64,000 nt of DNA from Octopus vulgaris (Eukaryota). The notes beneath the pieces were generated by a model that saw nothing but the letters and a program-made list of their open reading frames with translations, did no database searches and was not told the DNA's origin. Location of the stretch: assembly GCA_951406725.2 (NCBI GenBank), contig OX597823.1, forward strand, positions 84,134,001-84,198,000, in the 5' to 3' direction. Of this stretch, positions 36,304-49,108 are shown one piece after another. A program made the translations under genes and the position numbers. Positions within the stretch are counted from its first letter, which is position 1; the number at the start of each line of letters is the position of its first letter.

Positions 36304-37787
36304 TCTACCCAGAGCTATATTAGCTCTGGGTAGATCCAAGCCTCATGAGTTGATTCAGAAGAAGGAAACTGAGAGTCGTGTGATACATAATTGTGTGGTA
36401 AGAAGCTTGCTTCCCAACCACATAGTTCCAGGTTCAATCCCATTGCATGGCATCTTAGGCAAATGTCTTCAGCTATAGCCCTGGGCCAATTAAAGCTATG
36501 TGGGTGGATTTGGTAGACGGAATCTGAAAGAAGTTCATGTGTGTACTATACTCACCAATACACACAATGGGCTTCAGTCCCTTCCTTCTTGCCACAAGGC
36601 TACATGGTATTCTTATACTTTGTAAGCCCAGTACTTATTCTATCGGTCTCTTTTGCCGAACCGCTAAGTGACGGGGACGTAAACACACCAGCATCGGTTG
36701 TCAAGCAATGCTAGAGGGACAAACACAGACACACAAACATATACATACACATATATACATATATATACATATATATGACAGGTTTCTTTCAGTTTCCGTA
36801 TACCAAATCCACTCACAAGGCATTGGTTTGCCCAAGGTGCCACGCAGTGGGACTGAACCCAGAACCATGTGGTTGGTAGGCAAGCTACTTACCACACAGC
36901 CACTCCTGCGCCTATTATTTACTATAAATTGTCATAAGTCTTGATATTCTCTTTGAACTGGTCTCTGATATTATTCTGCCACCATTTTCAACATAGGGAC
37001 CTCGAATCAAGTCACGTGACAAACAAGTACAAAGAACTTCGAAAATAAGTAAATGCAGAACAATCTGTTGACGAATTCATCGCTTATAAATTAATGAAGT
37101 TGCCTCCCTTGAATTTGTTTTTAAAAAATACTTCCAAATAGGTGCAATCGTGACTGTATGGTAAGAAGTTCGATTTCCAACGACCTGGTTCTGAGTTCAG
37201 TCCCACTGCGTGGAACCAAGGACAAGTGTCTTCTATTGTAACTTTGGGCCGACCAAAGTTTTCTGAGTGTATTTGGTAGACAAAATTTGAAAGAAGCAAG
37301 TCGTGTGTGTGTCCTTCGTGTTTGTCCCCCGACACTTAATGACTGGTGTTGGTTTGTTTATGTCCCTGTAATGTAGCAGATCGGCAAAAAAGAGCCGATT
37401 GGAATAAGTACGAGGCTTAGTGTAAAAGAAAGAATAATAGGGTCGATTTGTTCGACTAAATCTATCGTGGTAGTGCTCCAGGATGGTCACAGTTTAATGA
37501 CTGAATAATGATAATAATCCTTAGGCACAAAGCCTGAAATTTTAAGAGAAGGGGCTAATTAATTACGTTGACCCCTTTATCTTTTCATCCCTTTAAAGTC
37601 GTGTAAACATATACCAGTAACATCTCCGTGTAGATGTATGCTCTGCTGTTTGTGACAGGGTCATTACCTTGGCTCCAATTTCATGAAACAGATGAGAGAT
37701 AAATCTTCCCCTGGATAGGATATCAACCTATAGGAAGAAGCATTACTTCACATTACCTGCTACATGTGTTCTATCTAAAAAATAGGG

Positions 37788-38758
37788 CAGTGGTTCTCAA
37801 CCGTGTTTTACCCACATACCCTTATGACTACTATTATATTCTAGTGGACCCCCATAGCCATTCAATATCTAAAAACTAATTTTATATCTACTTCTTTCAA
37901 AATTCCTATTTTGTTCTTCACTTCGAGCGTGATCGTTATCAGCGTCGCCTTACTGGCACTTGTTCCGGTGGCATGTAAAAAAACATTTGAGCGAGGTCGT
38001 TGCCAGTGCCGCTGGACTGGCTCCTGTGCAGGTGGCATGTAAAAAGACACTGTTTGAGCGTGGCCATTGCCAGTACCACCTGACTGGCATGTAAAAGCAC
38101 CCACTACACTCTCGGAGTGGTTGGCATTAGGAAGGGCATCCAGCTGTAGAAACTCTGCCAGATCAAGATTGGAGTCTGGTGCAGCCATCTAGTACACCAG
38201 TCCTCAGTCAAATCGTCCAACCCATGCTAGCATGGAAAGTGGATGTTAAACGATGATGATGTCCATTTACTTGTATAGGTTGAACGATGTAAAACATTAG
38301 ACAAAGAAAACTCAGTTTTTTTCAATAGATACATTTAAATCAAAACTTTGCTTGGACCCATAAAATACAGTTGTGGATCCCCAATTTACTATTTTGCCAA
38401 TGTTGTTGTTTTGTTTCTTCTCGAGCCATGCCTGGCTCATAAGGGCCGGTTTCCTTGGCGTATAGGTTTCCCACCTGGATGGGACGCCGGTCCATCGTAG
38501 GTGAGCTGCAAGATGCAGGAGGAAAGAGTGAGAGAAAGTTGTAGCGAAAGAGTCAGTAGAAGTTCGCCATTACATTCTGCTGGAGCCACATGGAGCTTGG
38601 GTGTTTCGCTCATAAACACACACATTGCCCAATCTGGGATTTGAACCTGCGATCCTTTGACCGCAAATCTGCTGCTCTAATCATTAGGCCATGTGCCTCC
38701 ACATTTTACTAATATGGACCCCAAAAAATCTTATATAGGCCCTGGCTGTAAACCACCG
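37788..38758. mobile_element. hAT-like MITE holding an RTE tail (~37920-38262) and a V-SINE
   Basis: CAGTGGTTCTCAA ... AAACCACCG termini; similar element at 40283-40884. Confidence 0.55.
38401..38702 (-). mobile_element. V-domain SINE copy nested in a hAT-like MITE
   Basis: Third homologous copy. Confidence 0.75.
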
Positions 38759-39103
38759 TTAGGGGCACTTGAACTCACTAGTAGTATTGCTGACAGGGGG
38801 CTAAACATAGAGGGGACAGACAAGGACAGACAAAGGGATTAAGTCGATTACATCGATCCCAGTGCATAACTGGTACTTATTTAATCAACCCTGAAAGAAT
38901 GAAAAACAAAGTGGACCTTGGTGGAATTTGAACTCAGAATGTAACAGCAGACGAAATATCATTAAGCATTTCGCCCAGCATGGTAATGCTTCTGCCAGCT
39001 CGCTGCCCTTCTCGTCAGTAATGTCCCGGTTGTGATTCTGTGCATGGAACCTCCCTTTTTGTTCTAATAGATAAATAAAATGGACAATCTGTTTTCTTTA
39101 CAG

Positions 39104-39188
39104 CCATGAGATGACAGACACTCCAGCCGGAGCCAAAGATCTTGTTGTTGCTATCAACAGTTTCAAGAGTAAAACTATTCGCATTAAG
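39104..39188 (+). CDS. UGGT1: UGGT exon 26
   Basis: HEMTDTPAGAKDLVVAINSFKSKTIRIK; phase 2 to 0. Confidence 0.93.
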
Positions 39189-42015
39189 GTGAGTGTGAAG
39201 TGTTAGCTTTCACCGTGCAAGGTTTCCTATGTGCATGGTTGCATTTGAAATGTTCTTTTCCATCCTTCCGTCTCTCTCTCTCTGTCTCTTCCTCTATCCA
39301 CCCCTCAACCATTGCTGTGTGATTATCAAGTGGTGCTGGTATGGCTATGTGGTTAAGAAGCTTGCTTCCAAACCATGTGGTCTTGGGTTCATTCTTACTG
39401 TGTGGCACCCACCTTGGGCAAGTGTCTTCCACTACACCCATCAAGCTGGCCAAAGGTTTGTGAGTGGATTTGATTGATGGAGACTGAATGAAGCTTGTCA
39501 TGTGTGTGTGTGTGTGTGTGTGTGTGCATGTTCCTTTGTCTTGACGTCTCATACATGATAGTTGTAAATGAGCATCACCCTCATACAAGCAGTGTCATTC
39601 GTTTCCAGTCTTCTGTCTAAAACATGTCTGGCCATGGGGAAATATTACCTTGCTTGGAAACAAGTTAGGGTCGGTGACAGGAAGGGTATCCAGCTGTATA
39701 AAAGCTACCTCGATGAATTCTGTCTGAACCATGCAGGCATGGAAAAGTAGATGTTAAAACTGTTATGATGATGATAACGGTGATGATTCAGTAAATTTGC
39801 TAAGCTTCAGATTTCCTACGGTGAGATACCCTTCTGTCACCAACTCTCACCTATGTCTGGAAATAAATGATATTGCTAGTATGACAGTGATGCCCATTGC
39901 TAATATTATGCAATGTCCAGAGGAGACAGGCGCCACACTAATTGATTCAAAACGACTTTCCTACTACCATTTTTACATTATCATCATCATCATCATCGTT
40001 TTATGTCCACTTTCCAAACTTACCTTTAATTTCCAACTCCGTTCATCCACCTTTCCCTCCACTCAACTCTTATTTTATTGTGTTATTCTTTGAAGCTGAA
40101 AAGTGATATAAGGGTAATGCAGTGAACTTTTCAGGTACGAAGTGAGTAGGAATGAGTGAGATTGGGGTGCCATTAGTGGAGTGGAGGGCAAGAAAGGAAT
40201 CTCATAGTGTGGCAACAACAGAATAATATTTATTGAAGGATACATAATAAGGTTTTAGATTCTATTTAGGAATTGGTTTGAGCAGTGGTTGGCCTCAACT
40301 GGGGTTCATATGACCCTTCGGGGTCCATATAACATTTTTGATGTTAAAGTTTATCTGCAATAAATTGGTTATATTTCTACTTTATACAAAATATTTTAAC
40401 AATTTTTTTCTTGTACAATTCCTGACTGAGATACCTGGTGCCTTAATTGACGTAGGACCGAGATACCTGGTGCCTTGCTGTACTCCAGAAGACCTATCCT
40501 CATCAGCAGAAGTGTGAAGAGGATTGGATTGCTAGAGTCCTGTGCCGGTGCCACGTTAAAAGCACTCATGCTGATGCCACATGTTGGCAATCATGTCAGT
40601 GCCATGTTAGAGGCACCCAGGACACACTGTGAAGTGGTTGGTAAAGTGGTTGTAAAATAGAAGGCCATCCGGCCATAGGAACCAAGCCGAATCAGACTGG
40701 AACTTGGTGTAGCTCTCTGTCTTGACCAGCTCAAACTGACCAGCCCATTTCAGCATGAAAATGAACACTAAAAGATGATGATGATGAATAGGATGTTTTT
40801 AAACTTCAAATGGGTATGAGGGTCCTGAAGAGTAAAATAGGAACTGCAGGGTTCCATAGGTAAATAAATGTCTAAGAACCACTGGATTTGAGGGTGGCTC
40901 TAACCAATTAGACTTGTTCTTGACAACTGCATAATTCTAATTTTCACACAAGGCCAGGAATTTTGAGGGGAGGGGGCAAATCAATTATGTTGACTCCAGT
41001 ACTTGATGTGTATTTATTTTATTGACCTGGAAAGGATGAAAGGCAAAGGTGGTGACCTCAACAGAATTCGAACTCAGAATGTAAGGAGTTGGAAGAAATA
41101 CCACAAAGCATTTTTTTTTTCTGATGCTCTACCAGTTTTGTCAGCTTGTTGCTTTATCTCACTACATAATGCTTTCTTCTTTTGGCACAAGGCCTGAAAT
41201 TTGGAAGGGAGGGGGCTTGTTGATTATATCGACCCCCAGTTCTCAACTGGAACTTATTTTGGTGACCCTGAAAGGATGAAAGACAAAGTCAACCTTGGGG
41301 TAAAGATGAATGAAACACCACTAGACATTCTGTGCAGTATGCTAATGATTTTGCCAGCTCTCTCACCTTGTTAACTCACCGCATAATGATGATGTCTTGG
41401 TGTTGATTTAACCCTGTCGCATTTAAACTTACCAGCCAAAATATTCTTATTTCTTTATTACCCTGAAGGGGCTAAACATAGAGGGGACAAACAAGGACAG
41501 ACAGAGGGATTAAGTCGATTACATCGACCCCTGTACACTTAATTTATCGACCCCGAAAGGATGAAAGCAAAGTTGACCTCGACGGAATTTGAACTCAGAA
41601 TGTAACGGCAGACGAAATACCTATTTCTTTACTACTCAAAAGGGGCTAAACACAGAGAGGACAAACAAGAACAGACAAACGGATTAAGTCGATTACATCG
41701 ACGCCAGTGCTTAACTGGTACTTATTTAATCGACCCCGAAAGGATGAAAGGCAAAGTCGACCTCGGTGGAATTTGAACTCAGAACGTAACGGCAGACGAA
41801 ATACCCTACAATGTCATTCTGAAAGTAAACAATGACATCGTCAAGATCTCAAAGCTACAAGGTCAGGCATGATTAATTCAAAACAATTTGACAGGGTAAT
41901 CTGAATGGTAAACGGCGAAAAATATACTAAACGTTGAGGAACAAAAGGAAAGAGCTGGTCATTTTTGTATATTCGTATGAGAAACAGATTTAAAGTCGTC
42001 TTAACATATATATTG

Positions 42016-42259
42016 ATTGGAGGAAGCTTTGAAAAGTAACCAGAAATAATTATATTGTGAAGAAAAATATTTAATGAATGGCTAACGTTTTCGCTGCTTT
42101 AAGTTGAATTTTATATGGAGTTATTTCCCTTTATATCTTCAAGTAATTTTAATACTTAAATGCTTTGATTGGACGGTTTTCTGGGTTTATTAACGTTTTT
42201 ACGATTCCAGACCTCTACCAAAAAGCTGACCAATTTGTTCTATGATCCCCCTCGATTGG
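42016..42259. promoter_or_regulatory. Intronic cluster of four CCAAT boxes, candidate internal promoter
   Basis: ATTGG at 42016, 42168, 42255 and CCAAT at 42230, in non-repeat sequence that retains CpGs. Confidence 0.35.
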
Positions 42260-43319
42260 CTGTTGAAATTATTGTTATTACTTGTAAGGTGCTAGCTTGA
42301 CTTGAAGAGACGTGGAAAGTTTATTTTTATTTTACGTATGGATACGGAGCTGTGCGTTAAGATGTTTTCTTCCCAATCACATGGTTTTGCGTTCAGTCTC
42401 ACAGTCTGGCACCTTGGACAACTGTTTTCTAATGTAGCCTTCGTTTGAGCAAAGCCTTGTGAGTGGATTTGTTTGAGGAAAACTGAAAGAAGCCCATTGT
42501 ATATATACATGATATATATATATCATCATCATCATCATCATCATCGTTTAACGTCCGCTTTCCATGCTAGCATGGGTTGGACGATTTTGACTGAGGGCTG
42601 GCGAACCAGATGTCTGCACCAGGCACCAATCTTGATCTGGCAGAGTTTCTACAGCTGGATGCCCTTCCTAACGTCAACCACTCCGAGAGTGTAGTGTGTG
42701 CTTTTTACATGCCATATATATATATATATGTATATATGCATGTATATACAAGCAAAACGCCCTCCCCTCCAATGGACGGTGCTGAGTTGTGAAACATTTA
42801 AACCAAATATTCTTAAACCTAAAGACGGTGCTCCACTAAAGGCGGTGCTCCAGCATGGCCGCAGTCAAATGACTGAAACAAGTAAAAGAGTAAACCAACT
42901 TGTCCGCCGTCCCATAGGCCTCCCTTTGAGAAACACTGATTTAACCTAAATTTGAGACACCAGCAAATGAAGAAATAAGATAGACTTTATTTTCTATTCC
43001 AAAGAAAAACGGCTTTATCGATTGCATTCTCACCTGGAATCGATTTTTGTAATATTTTCAAGACTTATACATGCCCTGATACCGTTGGTATCTACATATC
43101 AAATTTGAGTACAATCGGATGGAAGATGCCCGAGATCCTAGAAGACACACACACGCAGACAGAATGGATTTTATATAATATATATATATGTGTAGGTTTA
43201 AAAAATTGTAATAGAAGATGATGGAATGACCAGGCTTTAATCCAAATCACAGTTGTTTCTGTGGCTTACTAACAGCTGTTAGTTACTGACTGTTTCAAAT
43301 ATTACTCATGTTATTATAG

Positions 43320-43370
43320 AAATATTAAACAAATATGATGCAGCAAAGCTATGTACTTGCACATCATCAG
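43320..43370 (+). other. Candidate cryptic/alternative exon
   Basis: TACTGAC branch point 43284-43290, AG 43318-43319, donor CAG|GTGAGT; ATG 43335 in frame with exon 27. Confidence 0.4.
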
Positions 43371-44188
43371 GTGAGTGCTTTTGAAAGCACTGTAGGATCA
43401 CATTTAGTTTCTCATTGTACATACACGAATAAATTTCCTCATGTATATCCAATAAAAGGAGTGTTCCTACTCTGATAGCATATGGCAGGTGATATCTGTA
43501 GAGGGGCTTTGAAGTGCACGTTATAAGGTTATAACCCTAAACGATATGAAAAGCACCGTTCGAGCATGATCATGACCAGCATCGCCTCACTGGCATTTGT
43601 GCCGGTGGCACGTGAAAAAATATTTGAGCAAGGTCGTTGCCAGTGCCGCTGGATTGGCTCCTGTGCAGGTGGCATGTAAGAAACACCATTTGAGCGTGGT
43701 CGTTGCCAGAACCGCCTGACTGACCCTTGTGCTGGTGGCACATAAAAGCACAAACTACACTCTCGGAGTGGTTGGCGTTAGGAAGGGCATCCAGCTGTTG
43801 AAACTCTGCCAGATCAGATTGGAGCTTGGTGCAGCCATCTGGTTCGCCAGACCTCAGTCAAATCGTCCAACCCATACCAGCATGAAAAGCGGACGTTAAA
43901 CAATGATGATGATGTGTCCATGTTTGTGTGTGCCTCTCTATCTTCCAATATTCTGCAAAATCATGTCTGGCCATAAGGAAAATATCTTGCTCGGAAACAG
44001 GAAGGGCATTTGGCTCTAAAAAATGTGCCTCATAATTCTGTCTGACCCACGCAAACATGGAAAAGTGGATGTTAAAATGATGAGGATAATGATGATACAT
44101 AATTTCTGAAGTGAATATTGTTGCATTTCTGCTTTTTTAAAATTTTTTTTTTTTATTTATGTGGTGTTTTTGTTCTTTTAAAATTTAG

Positions 44189-44274
44189 GTTGGCAAAAAA
44201 TCAGATAAGGTCAATGAAGAACTTCTCAAAGATGATGAAGATGAGAGCATGGGTATATGGGATTCTATATCAAG
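44189..44274 (+). CDS. UGGT1: UGGT exon 27 (linker, GC donor)
   Basis: VGKKSDKVNEELLKDDEDESMGIWDSIS; donor AAG|GCAAGT is the only site giving the phase 2 that exon 28 needs. Confidence 0.88.
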
Positions 44275-45961
44275 GCAAGTATCTATAAATTTAACCTTTT
44301 GGAATTTAAAAATTTAGTTTTTGATGTCCTTCAATTATACATGTCTCCTCTCTTTGAAAGATTTATTTTGTCAAAGCAAGAACAACAGAGATGTATTTGT
44401 CCTTATATAGTCTTGTCTCTCAATATGTTCTTATGTTCAAGAGCAAAGGTGTGTGGCATTATGGTTAGGGTATGCGGCTCTTGATCAAAAGGTTGTGAAT
44501 TCAATACCTGGTCACATGTCTTTTATGTCTTTTGAGTAAGACTATTTATTTCATGTTGCTCCAGTTCACTCGGTTGGCAAAAATGAGTTGTACCTGTTTT
44601 TCAAAGGGCCGGTCTTGTCACACTGGCATCTTGAATCTCCCTGAGAACTATGTTAAGGGTACATGTGTCTGTGGAATGCTCAGCCACTTGTATATTAATT
44701 TCACAAGCAGGCTATTCTGTTGATTGGATCAACCGGAATTCCCATCGTCATAACTGACAGAATACCAGTTGTATTCAAGAGTCAGCATGAATACAAAAAG
44801 TACCGGTGGCACATAAAACACACCATTCAAACGTGATCATTGCCAGCGTCGCTTTACCGGCATATGTGCTGGTGGCACGTGACAAACAACATTCAAGCGT
44901 TGTCATTGCTAGTGCCGCCAGACTGGCTCCCATGCAAGTAGCATGTAAAAATCACCTTTTTGGCATGATTGTTACCAGAACGGCCTGACTGGCCCTTGTG
45001 CCTGTGGCACGTAAGAGCACCCACTTCACTCTTGGAGTAGTTGGCATTAGGAAGGGCATCCAGCTGTAGAAACTTTGCCAGATCAGATTGAGCCTGGTTC
45101 AGTCTGCTGGTTCACCAGTCCTCAGTCAAACCGTCCAACCCATGCCAGCATGGAAAGCGGACGTTAAACGATGATGATGATAGACTGTGGCCATGCTGTG
45201 GCATTATTGTTTTTAAAGCTTTACAGTCAGTCATATTGATCCCCAAACCTTGCTACTTGTTTTATTGTTCTTGAAAGTAACAGAAGGCAGAAGTTAACCT
45301 TGGAGTAAAGGGACATAGCTAATAATGCAATGTACTTTTGTTCAGTTTCATTCTCTCTTGCCAATTCATACAGTATGTCTGTCTGTCTATCATTCATTAT
45401 CCAAATTTCTGCATTTTTCACATTGTGTTAACATCCACTTTTCCATGCTGACATGAGTTGAACGGAATTTGCAGACTTTGATTTTGTACAGCTTGATGCT
45501 CTTCCTCTCACCAACCCTCAACAAATAAGGGGACACTTGTTTGTAACTATCATGCAGTGCCAGATCAAAGGAATACACAGTTGTGCTCTCACAAACACAC
45601 ACACACACACACACATCTTTGATGGGCTTCTTTCAGTTTCCATCTACCAAATCCACTCACAAAGCTTTGGTTGGCCTGAGGCTGTAGAAAAAGACAGTTT
45701 TGTAAGGATCCAGGCTGCAAAACTGATCCTATAATCATCTGGTTGGGAAGTAAACTTCTTAACATCTGTTTTTATATAAATGGGAGTAACTCAATACATA
45801 AAGTAGAGTATATACTTTTTTGATTTTCATGTCATTGCACATAGCAGAGTGCACCAGCCTGAAACTCAAGGTGTCTGAGTCACTGTTGTTTCAGAGATAC
45901 ACTTTAAAACCTGGATGAATAGAACACATGTACAAATTGCTCATATAAATATATACATTTA

Positions 45962-46013
<52 letters not shown>

Positions 46014-46015
<2 letters not shown>

Positions 46016-48349
46016 CATCATCATCATCATCATCATCGTTTAACGTCCGCCTTCCGCGCTAGCACGGGTTGGACGGTTTGACCGGGTCTGGGAAGCCAGG
46101 GGCCGCTCCAGTCTGAATCTGGCAGAGTTTCTACGGCTGGATGCCCTTCCTAACGCCAACCACTCCGTGAGTGGATTGGGTGCTTTTTACGTGCCACCTG
46201 CACAGGGGCCGGAGGGTCCGGCATCGTCACGATCGGTTCGAGCATTTTAACGTGTCAGCGGCACGGGGGCAACGAGGTCCGGGGTACTTTGGGGATCGGG
46301 GTACTTTGGGGATCCAGGGTACTTTGGGGATCCGGGGTACTTAGAATGGGTAGGGGGTATGTGGAATTGCTGCAGAAAGCAGCCCGGGTCTTTGTAGTCA
46401 CAGCATTTATCGTCACTGAGTAACGTAATTAGGTAGAGGAAAGAAATACAGATATTCTAAGAGTTGAGTTGGGGAGGGGGGGTCCAGTTGAGGCGGGTAA
46501 TATAGGGGAGCAACCAGTGGGAAGGTTGGGGTAAGGAGGAACGATGGCAGGAAGGGTTGGTGTAGGTTCCTAAGAAATAAAAACGTAGGATATTACGAGG
46601 CGGGAGGGTACTAAAGGGGATGGTCGGAATGAGGCAGTGTCAGGAGGAAGCGTAAGATCGGTGGGCAGTTGATGAGCTATGGCGCTAGCAGGGCAGTTGA
46701 TGAGCTATGGCGCTAGCAGCTTGTCTTTTCACAGTGAAAGCATATGAGGAGAAGGGGTAGTGGGGGGAGGAGGGAGTAGGGCGTACCCGGTGTAGATGAG
46801 TAAGGCGTATCCGGTGTAGATGGTGAGAACTGGGTATAATGGTATTGGTGGTGGCGGTGAGAACAGTGTTCACCGGTATTGGTGGTGGGGGTGAGAACAA
46901 TGTTCATCGGTATTGGTGGTGGGGGTGGGGGGGCGGGCGCACCACCACTGGCGGAAAGATGGGAAGAGATGGGATTACGGCTTGAGGCAGCCTAATGGTT
47001 AAATTTTGTAGAGAGAGATAGGAAAGATAAATCAAGTTATGGCGAAGGCTTGAAAGTAGTCTAAAAAGGTTAAATTTTCGTAACAGTGTATGAATAAACG
47101 TAGTAACAACAAATAAAAAGAGTAAGATAAATTTTTAAGAACTTGCTGCGGGCATCGACCAGGAGTTGAAATTGAAGAAGAAAGTAAGTTGAATTGGCGG
47201 AAAGATGGGAAGAGATGGGATTACGGCTTGAGGCAGCCTAATGGTTAAATTTTGTAGAGAGAGAGATAGGAAAGATAAATCAAGTTATGGCGAAGGCTTG
47301 AAAGTAGTCTAAAAAGGTTAAATTTTCGTAACAGTGTATGAATAAACGTAGTAACAACAAATAAAAAGAGTAAGATAAATTTTTAAGAACTTGCTGCGGG
47401 CATCGACCAGGAGTTGAAATTGAAGAAGAAAGTAAGTTGAATTGGCGGAAAGATGGGAAGAGATGGGATTACGGCTTGAGGCAGCCTAATGGTTAAATTT
47501 TGTAGAGAGAGAGATAGGAAAGATAAATCAAGTTATGGCGAAGGCTTGAAAGTAGTCTAAAAAGGTTAAATTTTCGTAACAGTGTATGAATAAACGTAGT
47601 AACAACAAATAAAAAGAGTAAGATAAATTTTTAAGAACTTGCTGCGGGCATCAACCAGGAGTTGAAATTGAAGAAGAAAGTAAGTTGAATTGGCGGAAAG
47701 ATGGGAAGAGATGGGATTACGGCTTGAGGCAGCCTAATGGTTAAATTTTGTAGAGAGAGAGATAGGAAAGATAAATCAAGTTATGGCGAAGGCTTGAAAG
47801 TAGTCTAAAAAGGTTAAATTTTCGTAACAGTGTATGAATAAACGTAGTAACAACAAATAAAAGAGTAAGATAAATTTTTAAGAACTTGCTGCGGGCATCG
47901 ACCAGGAGTTGAAATTGAAGAAGAAAGTAAGTTGAATTGGCGGAAAGATGGGAAGAGATGGGATTACGGCTTGAGGCAGCCTAATGGTTAAATTTTGTAG
48001 AGAGAGAGATAGGAAAGATAAATCAAGTTATGGCGAAGGCTTGAAAGTAGTCTAAAAAGGTTAAATTTTCGTAACAGTGTATGAATAAACGTAGTAACAA
48101 CAAATAAAAAGAGTAAGATAAATTTTTAAGAAATTGCTGCGGGCATCGACCAGGAGTTGAAATTGAAGAAGAAAGTAAGTTGAATTGGCGGAAAGATGGG
48201 AAGAGATGGGATTACGGCTTGAGGTAGCCTAATGGTTAAATTTTGTAGAGAGAGAGATAGGAAAGATAAATCAAGTTATGGCGAAGGCTTGAAAGTAGTC
48301 TAAAAAGGTTAAATTTTCGTAACAGTGTATGAATAAACGTAGTAACAAC
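46014..48349 (-). mobile_element. Composite non-autonomous retroelement: monomer array + unique body + RTE 3' end
   Basis: RTE tail 46014-~46410, body 46411-46948, array 46949-48349; (TA)n on both flanks. Confidence 0.6.
46949..48349. repeat. Tandem array, ~5.7 copies of a 246-248 bp unit
   Basis: TGGCGGAAAGATGGG starts at 46949, 47195, 47443, 47691, 47938, 48186; only a few differences between copies. Confidence 0.97.
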
Positions 48350-48359
48350 TACGTTTATT

Positions 48360-48392
<33 letters not shown>

Positions 48393-48393
48393 G

Positions 48394-48427
<34 letters not shown>

Positions 48428-48932
48428 CACACACACACATATACATATATATGTGCAGGCATTGCTGTGTGGTTAAGAGGCTCACATTGCAACCATGTCG
48501 GTTTCAGGTTCAGTCTCACTTCACAGCACCATGGGCAAGTGTCTTCTATTTTAGCTCTGGGCTGACCTATGCCTTGTGTGTGAATTTAGTAGATGGAAAT
48601 TGCAGGGAAACCTGTTTGTATACATACATACATACATATCTATCTATCTATCTACATATGCATGTATGTTTGTATGTGTATACGTGCATCTTGTTTTAAC
48701 ATTGTAAATGAATATCCTTCACTTCCATTATTCTGTGAAAATATTTCTGACCATGGGGAATTACAATATTGCAAGTGAGGGTTGGCAACATGAAATGTAT
48801 CCAGCCATAGAGAATGTGCTCCAACAAATTTCATCTGACTCATGCAGGCATGGATAAGTGGAAGTAAAAACAATGATAATGACATATTATCTCATTCACT
48901 CTCTGTATATATATATATTTACACACACACAC

Positions 48933-48972
<40 letters not shown>

Positions 48973-49009
48973 GAATGTATAATCTTATATCATTGATTTC
49001 TATTTTCAG

Positions 49010-49108
49010 TTCTTTTGGTGGAGGCAAGAAGGAGAAGAAAGAAGATAAAGATTCCACATTAAATATCTTTTCCTTGGCATCAGGTCATCTGTATGAACGT
49101 TTCTTACG
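49010..49108 (+). CDS. UGGT1: UGGT exon 28 (start of GT24 domain)
   Basis: SFGGGKKEKKEDKDSTLNIFSLASGHLYERFLR; phase 2 to 2. Confidence 0.96.

Noticed and set aside
46949-48349. Retrozyme or CRISPR-like array
   Set aside because: No CTGAnGA hammerhead core seen on either strand of the monomer, and no unique spacers.
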